A stretch of 64,000 nt of DNA from positions 744,001-808,000 of the forward strand of contig JAQOWU010000007.1 of NCBI GenBank assembly GCA_030867685.1. The letters run 5' to 3'. Source of the stretch: Wickerhamiella versatilis (lineage: Eukaryota). The position numbers were made by a program, and so were the translations under genes. Numbering within the stretch: position 1 is the stretch's first letter; the number at the start of each line of letters is the position of its first letter. The notes beneath the pieces are model-generated. The model was not told the origin of the DNA, did no database searches, and saw nothing but the letters and a program-made list of their open reading frames with translations. Of this stretch, positions 43,068 to 54,100 are shown piece by piece.

Positions 43068-46000
43068 ATGCCAAGGGCCGACCCCGACGAATTTCTGCGA
43101 GATGTTCGCGAATTAGACGACCGCATTTCGCGAGAAGACAGGGATCGAGCACGTAGATTGGAGAAATCCGTTCGTGGTCAATCTTCGCGATACGCAGATG
43201 ACGAGGAGGAGGAGTACGACAGGCCTCGTCCCGAGCGCCGGCATAGACCTCGACCTCGTAGCAGGGAAAGGACCCGTAGTAGGGACAGGTCACATCACAG
43301 ACAACGTTCCCGTAGCAGAGAACGTCAGCATAATAGTGAGCGATTGCCACGTGAGCATAGGGAGAAGGTGAAGAAAGAAAAGATGTACAGGGAGAGCGGT
43401 ATAGAGGATCCTGAAGAGTTTGAGAGGAAATATGGTGGTAATACACACAATGGACTGCTACGAAGAGTGGTCCGTGGTTCTCATAAAGGTAACTCGGAAC
43501 CTCTACTATCATTTATGTTTAGTGACAAGGAACGCGCAGAGCGTGAGGCACGTGAGGCAGAGGAAATGCATCGAAGAAAACAGCACAGTAGGCGTCCTGA
43601 CCGACAGGAATCCAGGAGCGGTTCTAGTTCACGTCATCGCGATGACGACCGTAATAGCAAACCATCACGTTCAATGGCTCGTTATATAGATGAAGACGAC
43701 GAGCCGGACGATGATGATGCGCCGCCACGTCACAGTGGTAAACGTGATCCACGAAGAATTGCTGAAGATCGTCCAACCTCAGGTAATTGGCGTGAAAGCA
43801 GACTGGACCGTGTGCGACGATTGAAAGAAGTTCAAAATGCACACAAAGCTCAAAAAGCGTCAATGGATCGCTCACATGTTAATGATGATGATGATGCACC
43901 AGAGCTTCCTCGCAAGTCTCGTCAATCTGACCGTGATAATCACAGGGAGGATATGGAGGATGCGGACGCTCCACCTCGAAGACCTCGTAGAAACGAGCTG
44001 GTCGATGAATTCGAATCAAGACGTTCAAAACATAATGACGAACAAGCATCGCCGGCCTCACGTCGTAGTGCTCGAAGAGCAGATTCTCCACGCGGCCATC
44101 AGTCTGAACTCTCAAGCAGCTCCAATGATTCTCGTTATAAGGAAAGAGATGAGGCAGCGAGACCACGTAGGTCACGAATGGACACTCGCTATGATTACGA
44201 TGAAGAAGAGGACGATGTAGATCAGCCCCCTCCTATGCCGCGACGAGAACGGCCGCAAGATGTAGAAGACACACGGCCTCCACCAATGCCTCGAAAACAG
44301 CGTCCTGTGGACGATATACAGCCCCCACAGGTACCTCGACGGGGACGCAGAGACATAGCGGAGGATGAGGAAGATGCACCTCCAAGTCTCCCCAGAAAAC
44401 CAGGACTTCCTCCAAGAGAAGACGAGTCCAGGTATAGCGATAGGAGAAAGAGGGATTCAGACAGACGGGAGAGTCCTGTCAGTACACGTTCACCCGCAAG
44501 GCGCTATGATTCTGAGCGTGACTCAATGGATTCTGATAGCGATCATGATGTCCAGGAGAGAAGCCGACGTCCACTTTCCCGAGCAGATCGCTATAGCAGA
44601 GGAGGAGACTCTGAAGATGAGGAGTATGAAGGTGGAGAAAGTGAGCACAGCATAACACCAAGTCGTAAGGGTGATCTGATTTCAAGTGTTCTTAAACGGC
44701 CACCAGCAGTGCCGCCAAAACGTGATTCACCTGAACCTACGTTACGGCGCTCGCCATCACCACCTGCACCTAAAGGCGATCTTATATCCAGCGTTCGCAA
44801 CCGGCCACCAGCGGTGCCGCCAAAACGTGATTCGCCCGACCCTACGTTACGGCGCTCACCATCACCACCTGCACCGAAAAGTGATCTTATATCTAGTGTT
44901 CGCAACCGACCCCCAGCAGTACCACCAAAGCGAGAGTCCTCGGGATCGCCTAGACCAGATGATTTATCAACGTCAACGCCTCCTTTGCCAAAACCACGAA
45001 ATCTTGTCTCGAGCGCCATGAATAAGGAAAAGGCCAAACCAGCACCACCTGCTTCTAGGACTGATTCTTCCGATCATGAGGTCACCAAACTACCTAAGCC
45101 TAAACCGAGGATAGGGAAGCCAACTGAGTTACCTCCTCGCCCTCGTGAAGATGAGGAACCAGAATGGGCTAGGCCGCAGTTCAAGTTAAGACAAGTCCAG
45201 CCAGAGCCAGTCGGTACGGCTAGCAGTGAGGATTCCTTGCCAGTTCCTCAGCTGAAACAAGCTGCGACCTCGAAGCCGAAGCCTGCACCGAAACCTAAGC
45301 CGAGTCCGGAAGCCTTTGATAGACTACATGATCTACGAAAGCCAACTGTGAAACCCCATCGGGATCCAAGTATTCCTGAGGCATTAAAACAAAAATCCAC
45401 GCTAAAGCCGGCAAGGCAGCTAGATGCTGATGAAGAGCCACCTCTCGAAGCTGTGAAGAGGCTCCAGAATCTTCGCCTGCGAAGCTCAGTTGAACCAGTG
45501 GCAGAAAATGAGCCTGAAGCGGCTCAAACATTACGGAACCTGAGACCAGGCTCACCCATGCAAAAGCAAGAAGAGGCTGAGGCCGAGGCGGCGGCAAGAA
45601 GGCGAAATCTCCGCCCAGGATCGCCTGTTCGTGAAAAGAAGGAGGAAGAACCTGAAGCCAAAGTAGCATTGAGAGGACTGAAACCACGTACATCAGAACC
45701 CGTACAGCGCGAAGATGGCACCATAGACTTCGCCAGTGTTCTTTCGAAGCACATAAGTAGGGGAAGGGCAGATAGTCCTTCTAGATCCCACGATTCGGGT
45801 ACGAACGATCATAGTCACACTGGTACGCCAGCGTCCCGCGTGCCCTCCAATTCAAGCGAAGATTCTCTTAGCCACGTTACGAAAAGCCGTCCCCGAGGCC
45901 CGAAACGTCGTCTTCCGAATGAGTCCTCTTTCGATTCCGCAGTCAACGAAGAAAATGAAGCGTCAGACCATGGCTCAGTTGGTGCAGCTCCGCTGAAGCC

Positions 46001-46082
46001 TAAGCCGAAACCCAAGCCAGAGGCTCTTCGATCATTGGCTAGCAAAAAAGCACCGCCTCCCCCGAGGCCCATTAAGGATTAA
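43068..46082 (+). CDS. Large disordered actin-patch adaptor with capping-protein-interaction motif (Bsp1/Aim21-like)
   Basis: Many PPxPxR/K motifs, repeated PEA..L..LR segments, and C-terminal LSHVTKSRPRGPKRRLP (CPI-type motif, 45867-45917). Confidence 0.65.
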   Translation: MPRADPDEFLRDVRELDDRISREDRDRARRLEKSVRGQSSRYADDEEEEYDRPRPERRHRPRPRSRERTRSRDRSHHRQRSRSRERQHNSERLPREHREKVKKEKMYRESGIEDPEEFERKYGGNTHNGLLRRVVRGSHKGNSEPLLSFMFSDKERAEREAREAEEMHRRKQHSRRPDRQESRSGSSSRHRDDDRNSKPSRSMARYIDEDDEPDDDDAPPRHSGKRDPRRIAEDRPTSGNWRESRLDRVRRLKEVQNAHKAQKASMDRSHVNDDDDAPELPRKSRQSDRDNHREDMEDADAPPRRPRRNELVDEFESRRSKHNDEQASPASRRSARRADSPRGHQSELSSSSNDSRYKERDEAARPRRSRMDTRYDYDEEEDDVDQPPPMPRRERPQDVEDTRPPPMPRKQRPVDDIQPPQVPRRGRRDIAEDEEDAPPSLPRKPGLPPREDESRYSDRRKRDSDRRESPVSTRSPARRYDSERDSMDSDSDHDVQERSRRPLSRADRYSRGGDSEDEEYEGGESEHSITPSRKGDLISSVLKRPPAVPPKRDSPEPTLRRSPSPPAPKGDLISSVRNRPPAVPPKRDSPDPTLRRSPSPPAPKSDLISSVRNRPPAVPPKRESSGSPRPDDLSTSTPPLPKPRNLVSSAMNKEKAKPAPPASRTDSSDHEVTKLPKPKPRIGKPTELPPRPREDEEPEWARPQFKLRQVQPEPVGTASSEDSLPVPQLKQAATSKPKPAPKPKPSPEAFDRLHDLRKPTVKPHRDPSIPEALKQKSTLKPARQLDADEEPPLEAVKRLQNLRLRSSVEPVAENEPEAAQTLRNLRPGSPMQKQEEAEAEAAARRRNLRPGSPVREKKEEEPEAKVALRGLKPRTSEPVQREDGTIDFASVLSKHISRGRADSPSRSHDSGTNDHSHTGTPASRVPSNSSEDSLSHVTKSRPRGPKRRLPNESSFDSAVNEENEASDHGSVGAAPLKPKPKPKPEALRSLASKKAPPPPRPIKD
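44667..44939 (+). repeat. About 2.6 x 105-bp coding repeat (KGDLISSV..RPPAVPPKRDSP.PTLRRSPSPPAP)
   Basis: Units start at 44667, 44772 and 44877. Confidence 0.9.
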
Positions 46083-47377
46083 GAACTAACTAGTTGTATT
46101 TGAACATTATCACCTGACCCCAAAAATGCTGCCACTTGTGCACCTATGCCTTCCCAAATTCGTTCGAGAACGCCACCAGCTTCCATTACCCATATCTCAC
46201 TTTTTTCAGGTGATGAAACAGCTAGAGCCCTGCCTAATTCATGCCATGTAAGATTTCCAGTAGTTTCGAATATCGTTGGCGGGTCGTCTTTGCGTAAGTC
46301 AACTATTGCAACGCTTGCTGGCGTAGCTAATGCAACAAGATACCCATTTGGTGAGGCCCGTATTTGATTGACATCTTTGATGTCCAATTCAAGTTTATTT
46401 TGCTTTTCTATTAAAGACCAGAATTTCACCCTCTCATCATCTGCATATATAATGTATTCTCCATCCGGATGAACGTCGATGGCTCTGGCCTCGAGATTGA
46501 GCTCGAAAGTCTCGCCCTCAGTTGATATAGCATATACAGCACCGTGCCTTAATACCACCAAGTTATTACTAGGATGCCATCTAACATCTTGAATCCCATC
46601 CATTCGTAGCTTCAATATATGACCCCAAACTACCTGGGTTTTTGTCCAATATAGCCATTCATCACCAGCCCAATCCCCCTTCAATGCAACCGTGCGGCCA
46701 GTGGAAACCTTTTCACCATTCAACTGCACAGAACCATTACTGTTGATTAATAAAGAATTATCCTGATGAGACGCTACCCAGCGGCCTTTTAACATATTTG
46801 AAGATGCAACATTCCAGTTAAGGTGCTTAGCCGCTGCATTGAGTTTTTTTCTTTCTTTATGAAGCTGTGACTTTAAAGAACCCAGTTTTTCAGGTGAAAA
46901 ATCCGTGGGTACCGGATGAGGTGTAACATCCTCTGAGATTGTAGGTTCGCTAACCGAGTCAACTGGTCGACTTTCTACCTCTTGTGATTTCAACGTCAAT
47001 TGAGCCGATCCTCCGGATTGGAGCCGAGCTATTACGCGTAATGATGCGTCGTTCCGCTCTCGCTCCTCTGCCAACTGAATCTCGGTATCACGAAGTTGCT
47101 TTCTCAGCGTATAAGATTCTAATACAAGCCCAGTATATTCTGATTGTAGAGCTTTCATCAGGGCTGGAATTGAGGCCAACTCGGGGGTACGCGATGCCCC
47201 TGGCCCCAGCTGGGGCGTGACCGAAATCAAATCAGTAGACTCAAGAGGATCTCCATTTATTGGATCCTGGTGGTTTTCCTGCACATACGCCTCTATAATA
47301 GATCTCTCAAATATACATCCGCTACGTGGGCTAACGACAGGCTCACTGGGGACCTGTCCGCTGAGAGCACATAACAT
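46079..47377 (-). CDS. PRP19: Prp19 U-box/WD40 splicing factor
   Basis: MLCALSGQVP.EPVVSP.SG.IFER..IE.YV....DPI; SIP.L...LQ.EY..LVLE; DA..RVIARL. ATG at 47377. Confidence 0.88.
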   Translation of the reverse strand: MLCALSGQVPSEPVVSPRSGCIFERSIIEAYVQENHQDPINGDPLESTDLISVTPQLGPGASRTPELASIPALMKALQSEYTGLVLESYTLRKQLRDTEIQLAEERERNDASLRVIARLQSGGSAQLTLKSQEVESRPVDSVSEPTISEDVTPHPVPTDFSPEKLGSLKSQLHKERKKLNAAAKHLNWNVASSNMLKGRWVASHQDNSLLINSNGSVQLNGEKVSTGRTVALKGDWAGDEWLYWTKTQVVWGHILKLRMDGIQDVRWHPSNNLVVLRHGAVYAISTEGETFELNLEARAIDVHPDGEYIIYADDERVKFWSLIEKQNKLELDIKDVNQIRASPNGYLVALATPASVAIVDLRKDDPPTIFETTGNLTWHELGRALAVSSPEKSEIWVMEAGGVLERIWEGIGAQVAAFLGSGDNVQIQLVSS

Positions 47378-47935
47378 TACGTCACGACATCGTGACAGGC
47401 AGGAGTCCAGAAATGCTCCTCGGAACGATAGGCAGCCAGCTCCGGAGCTGGAAAGCAAGTATTCATTGGTATTGCGTACTTCTATAGTAATTTAGTCTAT
47501 ACAATATAAGTTGATGTCATAGCACGATCCAGTATTGTGAAATGTGTGTTGTTTACAAATCGCCATAATTTCATACCCCCTTGATGGAAAAAGATCGCCG
47601 GATTAATGATTCAACAAGTATGATCTGTATTTGATCAAAGTAAAGCAAAAAGCCATATTCACTCAGTATCATTATTTGTCTATGAACAAAATATAGGAAG
47701 ATAAAAATAGGAGTAAAAGTCTATAAATCCTAACCTCAATCATAACAGAAGGAGACTAGGGCTTATAAACTATGGTCGAAAGGTTAGCTGAAGTTTAAGA
47801 AGCAAGTGAAATCTGTAATAGTTGGGCCGAACCTAGAAATTTAGCTCCTATTGCTTTTTACTGTTTTTAAATTTCGTCATCTATTGTCTGATTAATAATA
47901 AACTCTAAACACCAGACAATCCGACTGGCGCTCGA

Positions 47936-49180
47936 ATGAGCGAACTTCCTGTCACCAAGCAGCAGCCTTTTAGCCCACGTAGGCGAAGGAGAAGCCGCTT
48001 AGTGGTATTTATATTGCTTGCCTGCTTGTCGCTGGTCTCATTTTTATTCTTCCCTTCCCTTCGGGACTTTCTCTCCACTGATATTTTACGCCGACATGTT
48101 CTGAAGCCTTGGGATGCACAAGACACATATGTTTATGATCTTTCCTTTGCTGAAGCTACAGATCGTGGCTGGGAACGTAATGAGCGGGTATTGTACCTAG
48201 TGCCACTGCGGGATGCAGAAAACCACATGGATATGTTCTTTGGTCACATGGAAAACTTGACATATCCCCATAATCTCATTGACCTGGCTTTTCTACTATC
48301 AGATACAAAGGATAATACACTTCAAGTACTCACGACCAGGCTTGATGCTCTTCAACAAAATGAAGACCCTTCGCAACGATTTGGTGCCATTAGGATCTTC
48401 GAGCGCGACTTTGGTCAAGCAATAGGTCAAGGATTCTCTGATCGCCACTCATTTGAGGCACAGGGACCCCGTCGAAAGCTCATGGCCAGAGCGAGAAATT
48501 GGCTGTTAAGTGTTGCATTGGAGCCGTATCATTCATGGGTCTATTGGCGTGATGCAGACGTGGAGGTTGTACCTCCGTCCATTTTGGAAGACCTAATGTC
48601 TCATGATAAGGATGTCATTGTCCCGAATGTCTGGAGACCGCTGCCGGACTGGCTAGGCTACGAGCAACCGTACGATCTTAATTCATGGAAAGAGTCTGAG
48701 ACATCATATCAGCTTGCGAACGACCTGGGAGAGGATTCGGTCATCGTCGAGGGCTATGCGGAGTATGCGACGTGGCGTGCTCATCTTGCATATCTTCGAG
48801 ACCCCTCTGGTGATCCTAACGTCGAGATGGAGCTGGATGGCATAGGTGGTGTGTCTATTCTATCAAAAGCTGCAGTCTTCCGCCATGGTGCACTTTTCCC
48901 GGCATTCTCTTTCGAAAAACACGCCGAAACGGAAGGTTTTGGCAAGCTCTGTCGACGAATGGGTTTTTCTGTTGTAGGACTTCCCCACTACGTTATCTGG
49001 CATATATACGAACCGTCAAGTGATGACTTGAAGCATATGGAATGGATGGCTCGTGAGGAGGAACGGATTAAGAACGAAAAGCTCATGAAGGAGGCATTTG
49101 ATCGCAACTTTGCGGCAGGTTATATGGATGTAAATGACGAATGGCACCAGGAACGTGCTGAGTTATTTGAGGATATGTAG
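47936..49180 (+). CDS. ANP1: GT62 alpha-1,6-mannosyltransferase complex subunit Anp1
   Basis: Type II TM anchor; AQGPRRKLMARARNWL, WRDADVE, YEPSSDDLKHM.WMA.EE (closer to Anp1 than Van1). Confidence 0.85.
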   Translation: MSELPVTKQQPFSPRRRRRSRLVVFILLACLSLVSFLFFPSLRDFLSTDILRRHVLKPWDAQDTYVYDLSFAEATDRGWERNERVLYLVPLRDAENHMDMFFGHMENLTYPHNLIDLAFLLSDTKDNTLQVLTTRLDALQQNEDPSQRFGAIRIFERDFGQAIGQGFSDRHSFEAQGPRRKLMARARNWLLSVALEPYHSWVYWRDADVEVVPPSILEDLMSHDKDVIVPNVWRPLPDWLGYEQPYDLNSWKESETSYQLANDLGEDSVIVEGYAEYATWRAHLAYLRDPSGDPNVEMELDGIGGVSILSKAAVFRHGALFPAFSFEKHAETEGFGKLCRRMGFSVVGLPHYVIWHIYEPSSDDLKHMEWMAREEERIKNEKLMKEAFDRNFAAGYMDVNDEWHQERAELFEDM

Positions 49181-49411
49181 ACTTTAGACTTAATATATAC
49201 TTATCACTTTCCTTATGCTTAGGATCTTGGCCGTCTTCTTTATTTTTCTTCGTCTACGGTGGGTTTCAGAAGTAGAGCGTTTTCCTATGTTCTCCTTTAC
49301 TCGACAACTACTCAGAAGCCGTCGCATATGCAAAATATGGCTATGAATATAATATTTTTAATAGACATAGCAAGGCAGATCTGTGACATTACTTTTACTC
49401 AGTCACAAATA

Positions 49412-50431
49412 TCATGCGGCTACTGAAAATATTGATGAAGCTGGTGATCGCGATCGCTGAGGACTGACACACGGGGTGGCTTGTTTTTCGACATCCTGCC
49501 ACTCTTCATAAAGAGCATTTGCTGTGGACATAATCCGCTCGATGTCCTTGGATTGCGGTAAGCGACTTAAAAACTGGCGGATTTCCGACTGGTCTAACTC
49601 CAGGAGACGCGTACTGTGCGATTTCATAACAGCTAAGGCACAGAAGACGTGATGAACGGAAGGTTCGACACCCTCGCCTTCACGCCAACTGAGGTAGCAA
49701 TCGAAGAGGCGAGCAACGTCGTGCCAATCCCATTGGCGTAGTCCATACCATCTAATCCATCCGGAGAGCCATTCATCACCGCCCATCGCACTCAACACGT
49801 CCTCACGATCAAAATGCTGGGACACGCCGGGGACCAGGGTGCGAAGGGCAGAAATAAATAGGGGAATATGGGTTCCATCATAGCCCATAAACAACATCAA
49901 ATGTTCATATGTCGTGTGATCAATATCAGACGTTCCAAACACCTTGGAGAGGAAAAATGCCGCCCACACATGCATTGGTTCAAACCAGTTCCACCGCTCA
50001 CAGAAATGCCAAATAGCAGGGAAAAGTCTGTCAGGGTCGGTACCTTCAATATCTTGAGGAGCAGCTCGCTGGATTTTTTGTTTAAGGCGGCGAAGCTCAC
50101 CCCGGACACGTTTTTCACTAGGTTTCTCGGCGTGTTCGGGGACCTTGAGGTCGGAGTTTATGACATATGGGTGAGATTTCAGGAGCAGCGGCCAAGCTTC
50201 CCGACGCAGCTTAGGAGGGAGGCCTCGTCTACGGCTAAGCGCGGTTAGTGCACTAACGTCCCCTGACTCCAGAAACCGCTGGGCAGCCTCTACAAGACCA
50301 GGGGAGTCAAGCACGGTTGGTTGATGATAATGTTTGAAGCGGCCAACAGATATTTCCCCCGATGACAGTGAGCTCGAATCACCATCATCAGGGCTGTAGG
50401 TCACTGGAGATTCGCTCAAAACGGCGCTCAT
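49412..50431 (-). CDS. OCA5: Oca5-like TBC-domain protein
   Basis: GLPPKLRREAWPLLL..HP, F..E.VL...GGDEWL..WI.W.G, LLELDQSEIRQFL.RLP. Confidence 0.75.
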   Translation of the reverse strand: MSAVLSESPVTYSPDDGDSSSLSSGEISVGRFKHYHQPTVLDSPGLVEAAQRFLESGDVSALTALSRRRGLPPKLRREAWPLLLKSHPYVINSDLKVPEHAEKPSEKRVRGELRRLKQKIQRAAPQDIEGTDPDRLFPAIWHFCERWNWFEPMHVWAAFFLSKVFGTSDIDHTTYEHLMLFMGYDGTHIPLFISALRTLVPGVSQHFDREDVLSAMGGDEWLSGWIRWYGLRQWDWHDVARLFDCYLSWREGEGVEPSVHHVFCALAVMKSHSTRLLELDQSEIRQFLSRLPQSKDIERIMSTANALYEEWQDVEKQATPCVSPQRSRSPASSIFSVAA

Positions 50432-50436
50432 ACGCG

Positions 50437-50501
50437 CTGGCCCAAAGGAGGGGTTAGCAACGTACTTCGGGGAAAATCCAACAAATCTCTCTAATGCTTA
50501 C
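50437..50501 (-). other. Candidate 65-nt 5'-UTR intron of OCA5
   Basis: Minus strand: GTAAGC at 50501, TGCTAAC branch, pyrimidine tract, CAG ending at 50437. Confidence 0.5.
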
Positions 50502-50681
50502 GAGCATTTAGGCTTGATGCGATGACCCTAGCCCCGGGCTTCCATGCAGAACCATTGGTGGCGCCGGTTAACAATGGTCCTGCTAGAATTTTCCAAATAG
50601 TAAAAAAAAATTTTTACCCGATCACAACTTTTTTAACAGCAAATGTCGCGTGAGTTGATCACACGAGCAAGTCATATGAGG

Positions 50682-50715
50682 TCACGTGCACATGTTTGAT
50701 GGTGCCATCACGTGG
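50682..50715. promoter_or_regulatory. Two RTCACGTG (Cbf1-type E-box) sites in the OCA5-ECM29 divergent promoter
   Basis: gtcacgtg at about 50682 and atcacgtg at about 50707; a similar ATCACGTGAT lies at about 6045 upstream of the GH5 gene. Confidence 0.4.
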
Positions 50716-51108
50716 TGGTGACGAAGTAGTAGTCAGACCCCATCTAAACATGGATCAATCAGCCGGCGCACTCCGAAGGACCTGTTGCTCCAATGGATCC
50801 AACTAGGTGCTGCATACCTCTAGCAAGTAGTCTAAGAAGCTCTCGTCCTGTATTTACGTATTTGTTTTGTTGTCTGTATGCACTGAGTGATCGATCGGTT
50901 GGGAAGTTGGGGTAGAGTTTCCGTATAATTTCGTGTAGGTCATCAAACTAAAAAGATAGAAAAAGCAAAGTCTAACCGGAATGAGTATGACCGAAAGATT
51001 CTGGTTAAACACTTCAGCTGTCCTAAGCATATTCATTTATCTCTGTGTTTAAATCGAACACATGGTGTGAGGTTGAGCTTACTTAGCGTTGGGCATAGAG
51101 GGAGAGAG

Positions 51109-54100
51109 ATGAATGAACAAGAGGTGATAGCACGGGTGGAGCTTCGCCTCCTCATGGCCAACGATGATTCCGCCTTCTCAAAATCACTTAGCCTTTATCT
51201 CGTCCCATTAATTCAAAAACTAGTCACGCCACATACCGACATTGTACGTCGAATTCTTGATGTCTTAGCACATGTCAGCCGCCGGATAGATACGTCTGAA
51301 AAGGTGGAATTGCCGACTGATAAGCTTTATGATTTATTCTATTCTAAAGCTGGCTCGCATGAGCTGAATGAATTGCGTGTCCTCACGCAGTGCCTTACTT
51401 TTTTTGGTAAAGCATTGTACCGAACACCTAGCCCGCGAAATTATGTCTCGGGATTGGTTCATGGCCTTGTAATAAGACGAGAGGCCACTGACTTTGAGAA
51501 GTATGCAGTCGCGGAGCAATTCTCGTTATTCTTATGGGCCCTCAGGGATTGGGTCCGGCAGGAAGACCTAAAGCCATTGGCCTTGCGGGATGATGAACGT
51601 CACTTCGTTGTCCGCTACTTGACTAGGTTTATAATGTTCGATCCGGCTCATTATCCACCAGAGGCACATCCCGGGATGTCAAAGGATGATGTGTCCTTTT
51701 TCATCCCTGCCTGTTCGAAGGTAGGTTTGATGCTTCCCCGTCCTGATGAGCGTGAATTTGCCGAGACCCGGCGGGCTGTTGTCAAGTTATCCACAATTGA
51801 AGGATGGTTTTTGCCGCTGGTTGCTGCTGCTGCTGATCGAGTTCACGATATCGCCCGAGTAGGGATAAGCGAGTCGCTTCGTATGGCGCCAGACTGGTCC
51901 ACGACACAATTGCATCAGTTGGTTGCTTTATCTATGGGCGCCAATGGGGCCCGTGGTGCGTCACTGGAGCTAAAAGCAGTAATTCTAGAGTGCCTAGCGC
52001 GAGCACATGCCTCACTGGATCTACTCAATCCCTTAATTGAACATGCATTTGAATCTGGAAAGGAGATCCTGAGGGCGCCAGCCCTCTCATTTCTTCTCCA
52101 CTGTGATCTTGGAAAAAATTCGGATCGGTTTGTTGGCCCAATACACCAGTATATTATAGATGGAGGCTGGCCCACCCACGTGGCCACGCAACCCCGAAGG
52201 TCACAAGCATATCAAGTCCTCGGCAGGCTGATTGCTAACAGCACTAATCAGGATATCTCAATGATCAACTTTCTGTTTCGCTCGCTGGAACAAGACTCCG
52301 TGGAATATGCTCCGGCAATTCAGCATGCTCTGACGGAAATCCTACAGTCATGTGGGACTTCAACGGCGACAGTCGGCTTGGCACGCAACCTCATGTATTA
52401 CATGCTAACTGCTGATGCTGACCGAACCAAATTGGTGGTTGTGAAGTGGGCTGTGCGTACCCTCCCTTTTGATGCCGCTGATGGTCGTCTCATCTGCTTG
52501 TTAGGACTTGATAGAACACGATCTGACGTCATTGACGAGGCAAGCCGGGGTCTCAATCCGTATAGCTTCTCCCTACTTAACACAAATGCAGATTCGTCTC
52601 ATATTATGTTTCCCCAGTTTTTGCAGATGCTGCGTGCAATAAAATCGCAGTGGGAAATTTTTACGCCAATTACGCGAGATGCTGCCATCCGATTTCTCTG
52701 GGGATGTTTGGTGCCAATGCCACATACCGACAATTGGAAAACATCCGTGGAGACTGCCGTTCGATATGACCCGAAAATTCGGCATGACTTGGTAGAAAAT
52801 ATGGGTGAGCACGCAGATGAAGTGGCGGAACTGTGCTATAGCGTCATCAACTCCACCACGGAATACTTTGACGCTCCCGTCGAAACATGGCGGTTACTTC
52901 TAGAACACAGAAAAATTCCTGCAGTACCAGAAGATTTGAGCTCCATCCTTGAAAATCCTGTATATGCAAGGATTGGCGCAGAAACTCTCGCTGTTCTTTC
53001 ACCGGGTTGTGAAACAGTGATACCCACAGGTCCAGGATCAGCGCTGGCGTTGGCCTGGGCGGGCTCAGAGATGACTGGTCTTGTTGAATACTGCGTGGAA
53101 AATCGGCTAACCGATGCGTTAATAGCAATGGGATTCGGTGGTCGATTGCCAAAAACTCCTGAGGTGGAGGGTATTCTTAAAACCCCCATTGGCATTGCCG
53201 CTCTGGCGATGAGCTGTCCTGATTTGCGCCATAATTATTTAGATTCACTGTTGAACCACACTGAGAAATCTTTTGACTCACTTGTGGCCACCGGTGAGGC
53301 GATCTCAGTTATAGTTTCTGGCTGGGACTCCAAATGGCTACAGCTCAACTATTCGCTTCTGGTGAGTTCTCGTGAGGTTTCCCAATCTGCTGATCTCGCC
53401 TTGGTGGCGCTTAAAAAGATATCAGAGGCCATTCGAGGCTCTCCAGTGCAGAGGCGGCTTGCCAGTGTCTGGCTTCTGTGTTTGATTCAGTACTCCTCAA
53501 GTATCTTACCCCTTCAGTCTGTACAAAATGGATTGATGGCTCTTTTGGCTGACCAGGACGAAGTTACTCAGGAGAGTGCAGCACGTGCATTGGCAGCACT
53601 TTATGATTCGGGTTCAAGTGGTCAAAAGCAATCTTTGGTTGACTCACTGGTCGCTGGTATCACTGGACAAGGTGCGAGCGCGAAAACCCAAACTGTAACT
53701 GAATCCACCCAGCTTTTTCCTCCAGGTATGCTTTCTACTGGTGACGGTTCTGTTTCGACATATAAAGATGTCCTCAGTCTTGCGTCTGAAGTGGGTGATA
53801 CTTCTTTAGTTTACAAATTCATGGCATTAGCTTCGAACTCTGCATTGTGGAGTGGCCGTCGTGGAATGGCTTTTAGTCTCAATGCTATATTGTCACGGGC
53901 AGAGCTGCCTGCGGAAACTCAGTCGCGCCTGATCCCCAAGTTGTTCAGGTTCCTTCATGATCCAAGTGAGAATGCTCGCAGGGCAATGACCCAAATTTGG
54001 TTAGCCTTGGTCAAGGAACCGAGACTTGCGATCACCGAAAATTTGTCGGCGATCCTCGCTGAGCTCTTTGCGGGTGTGGTTGATCGTGAGTGGCGGACCA

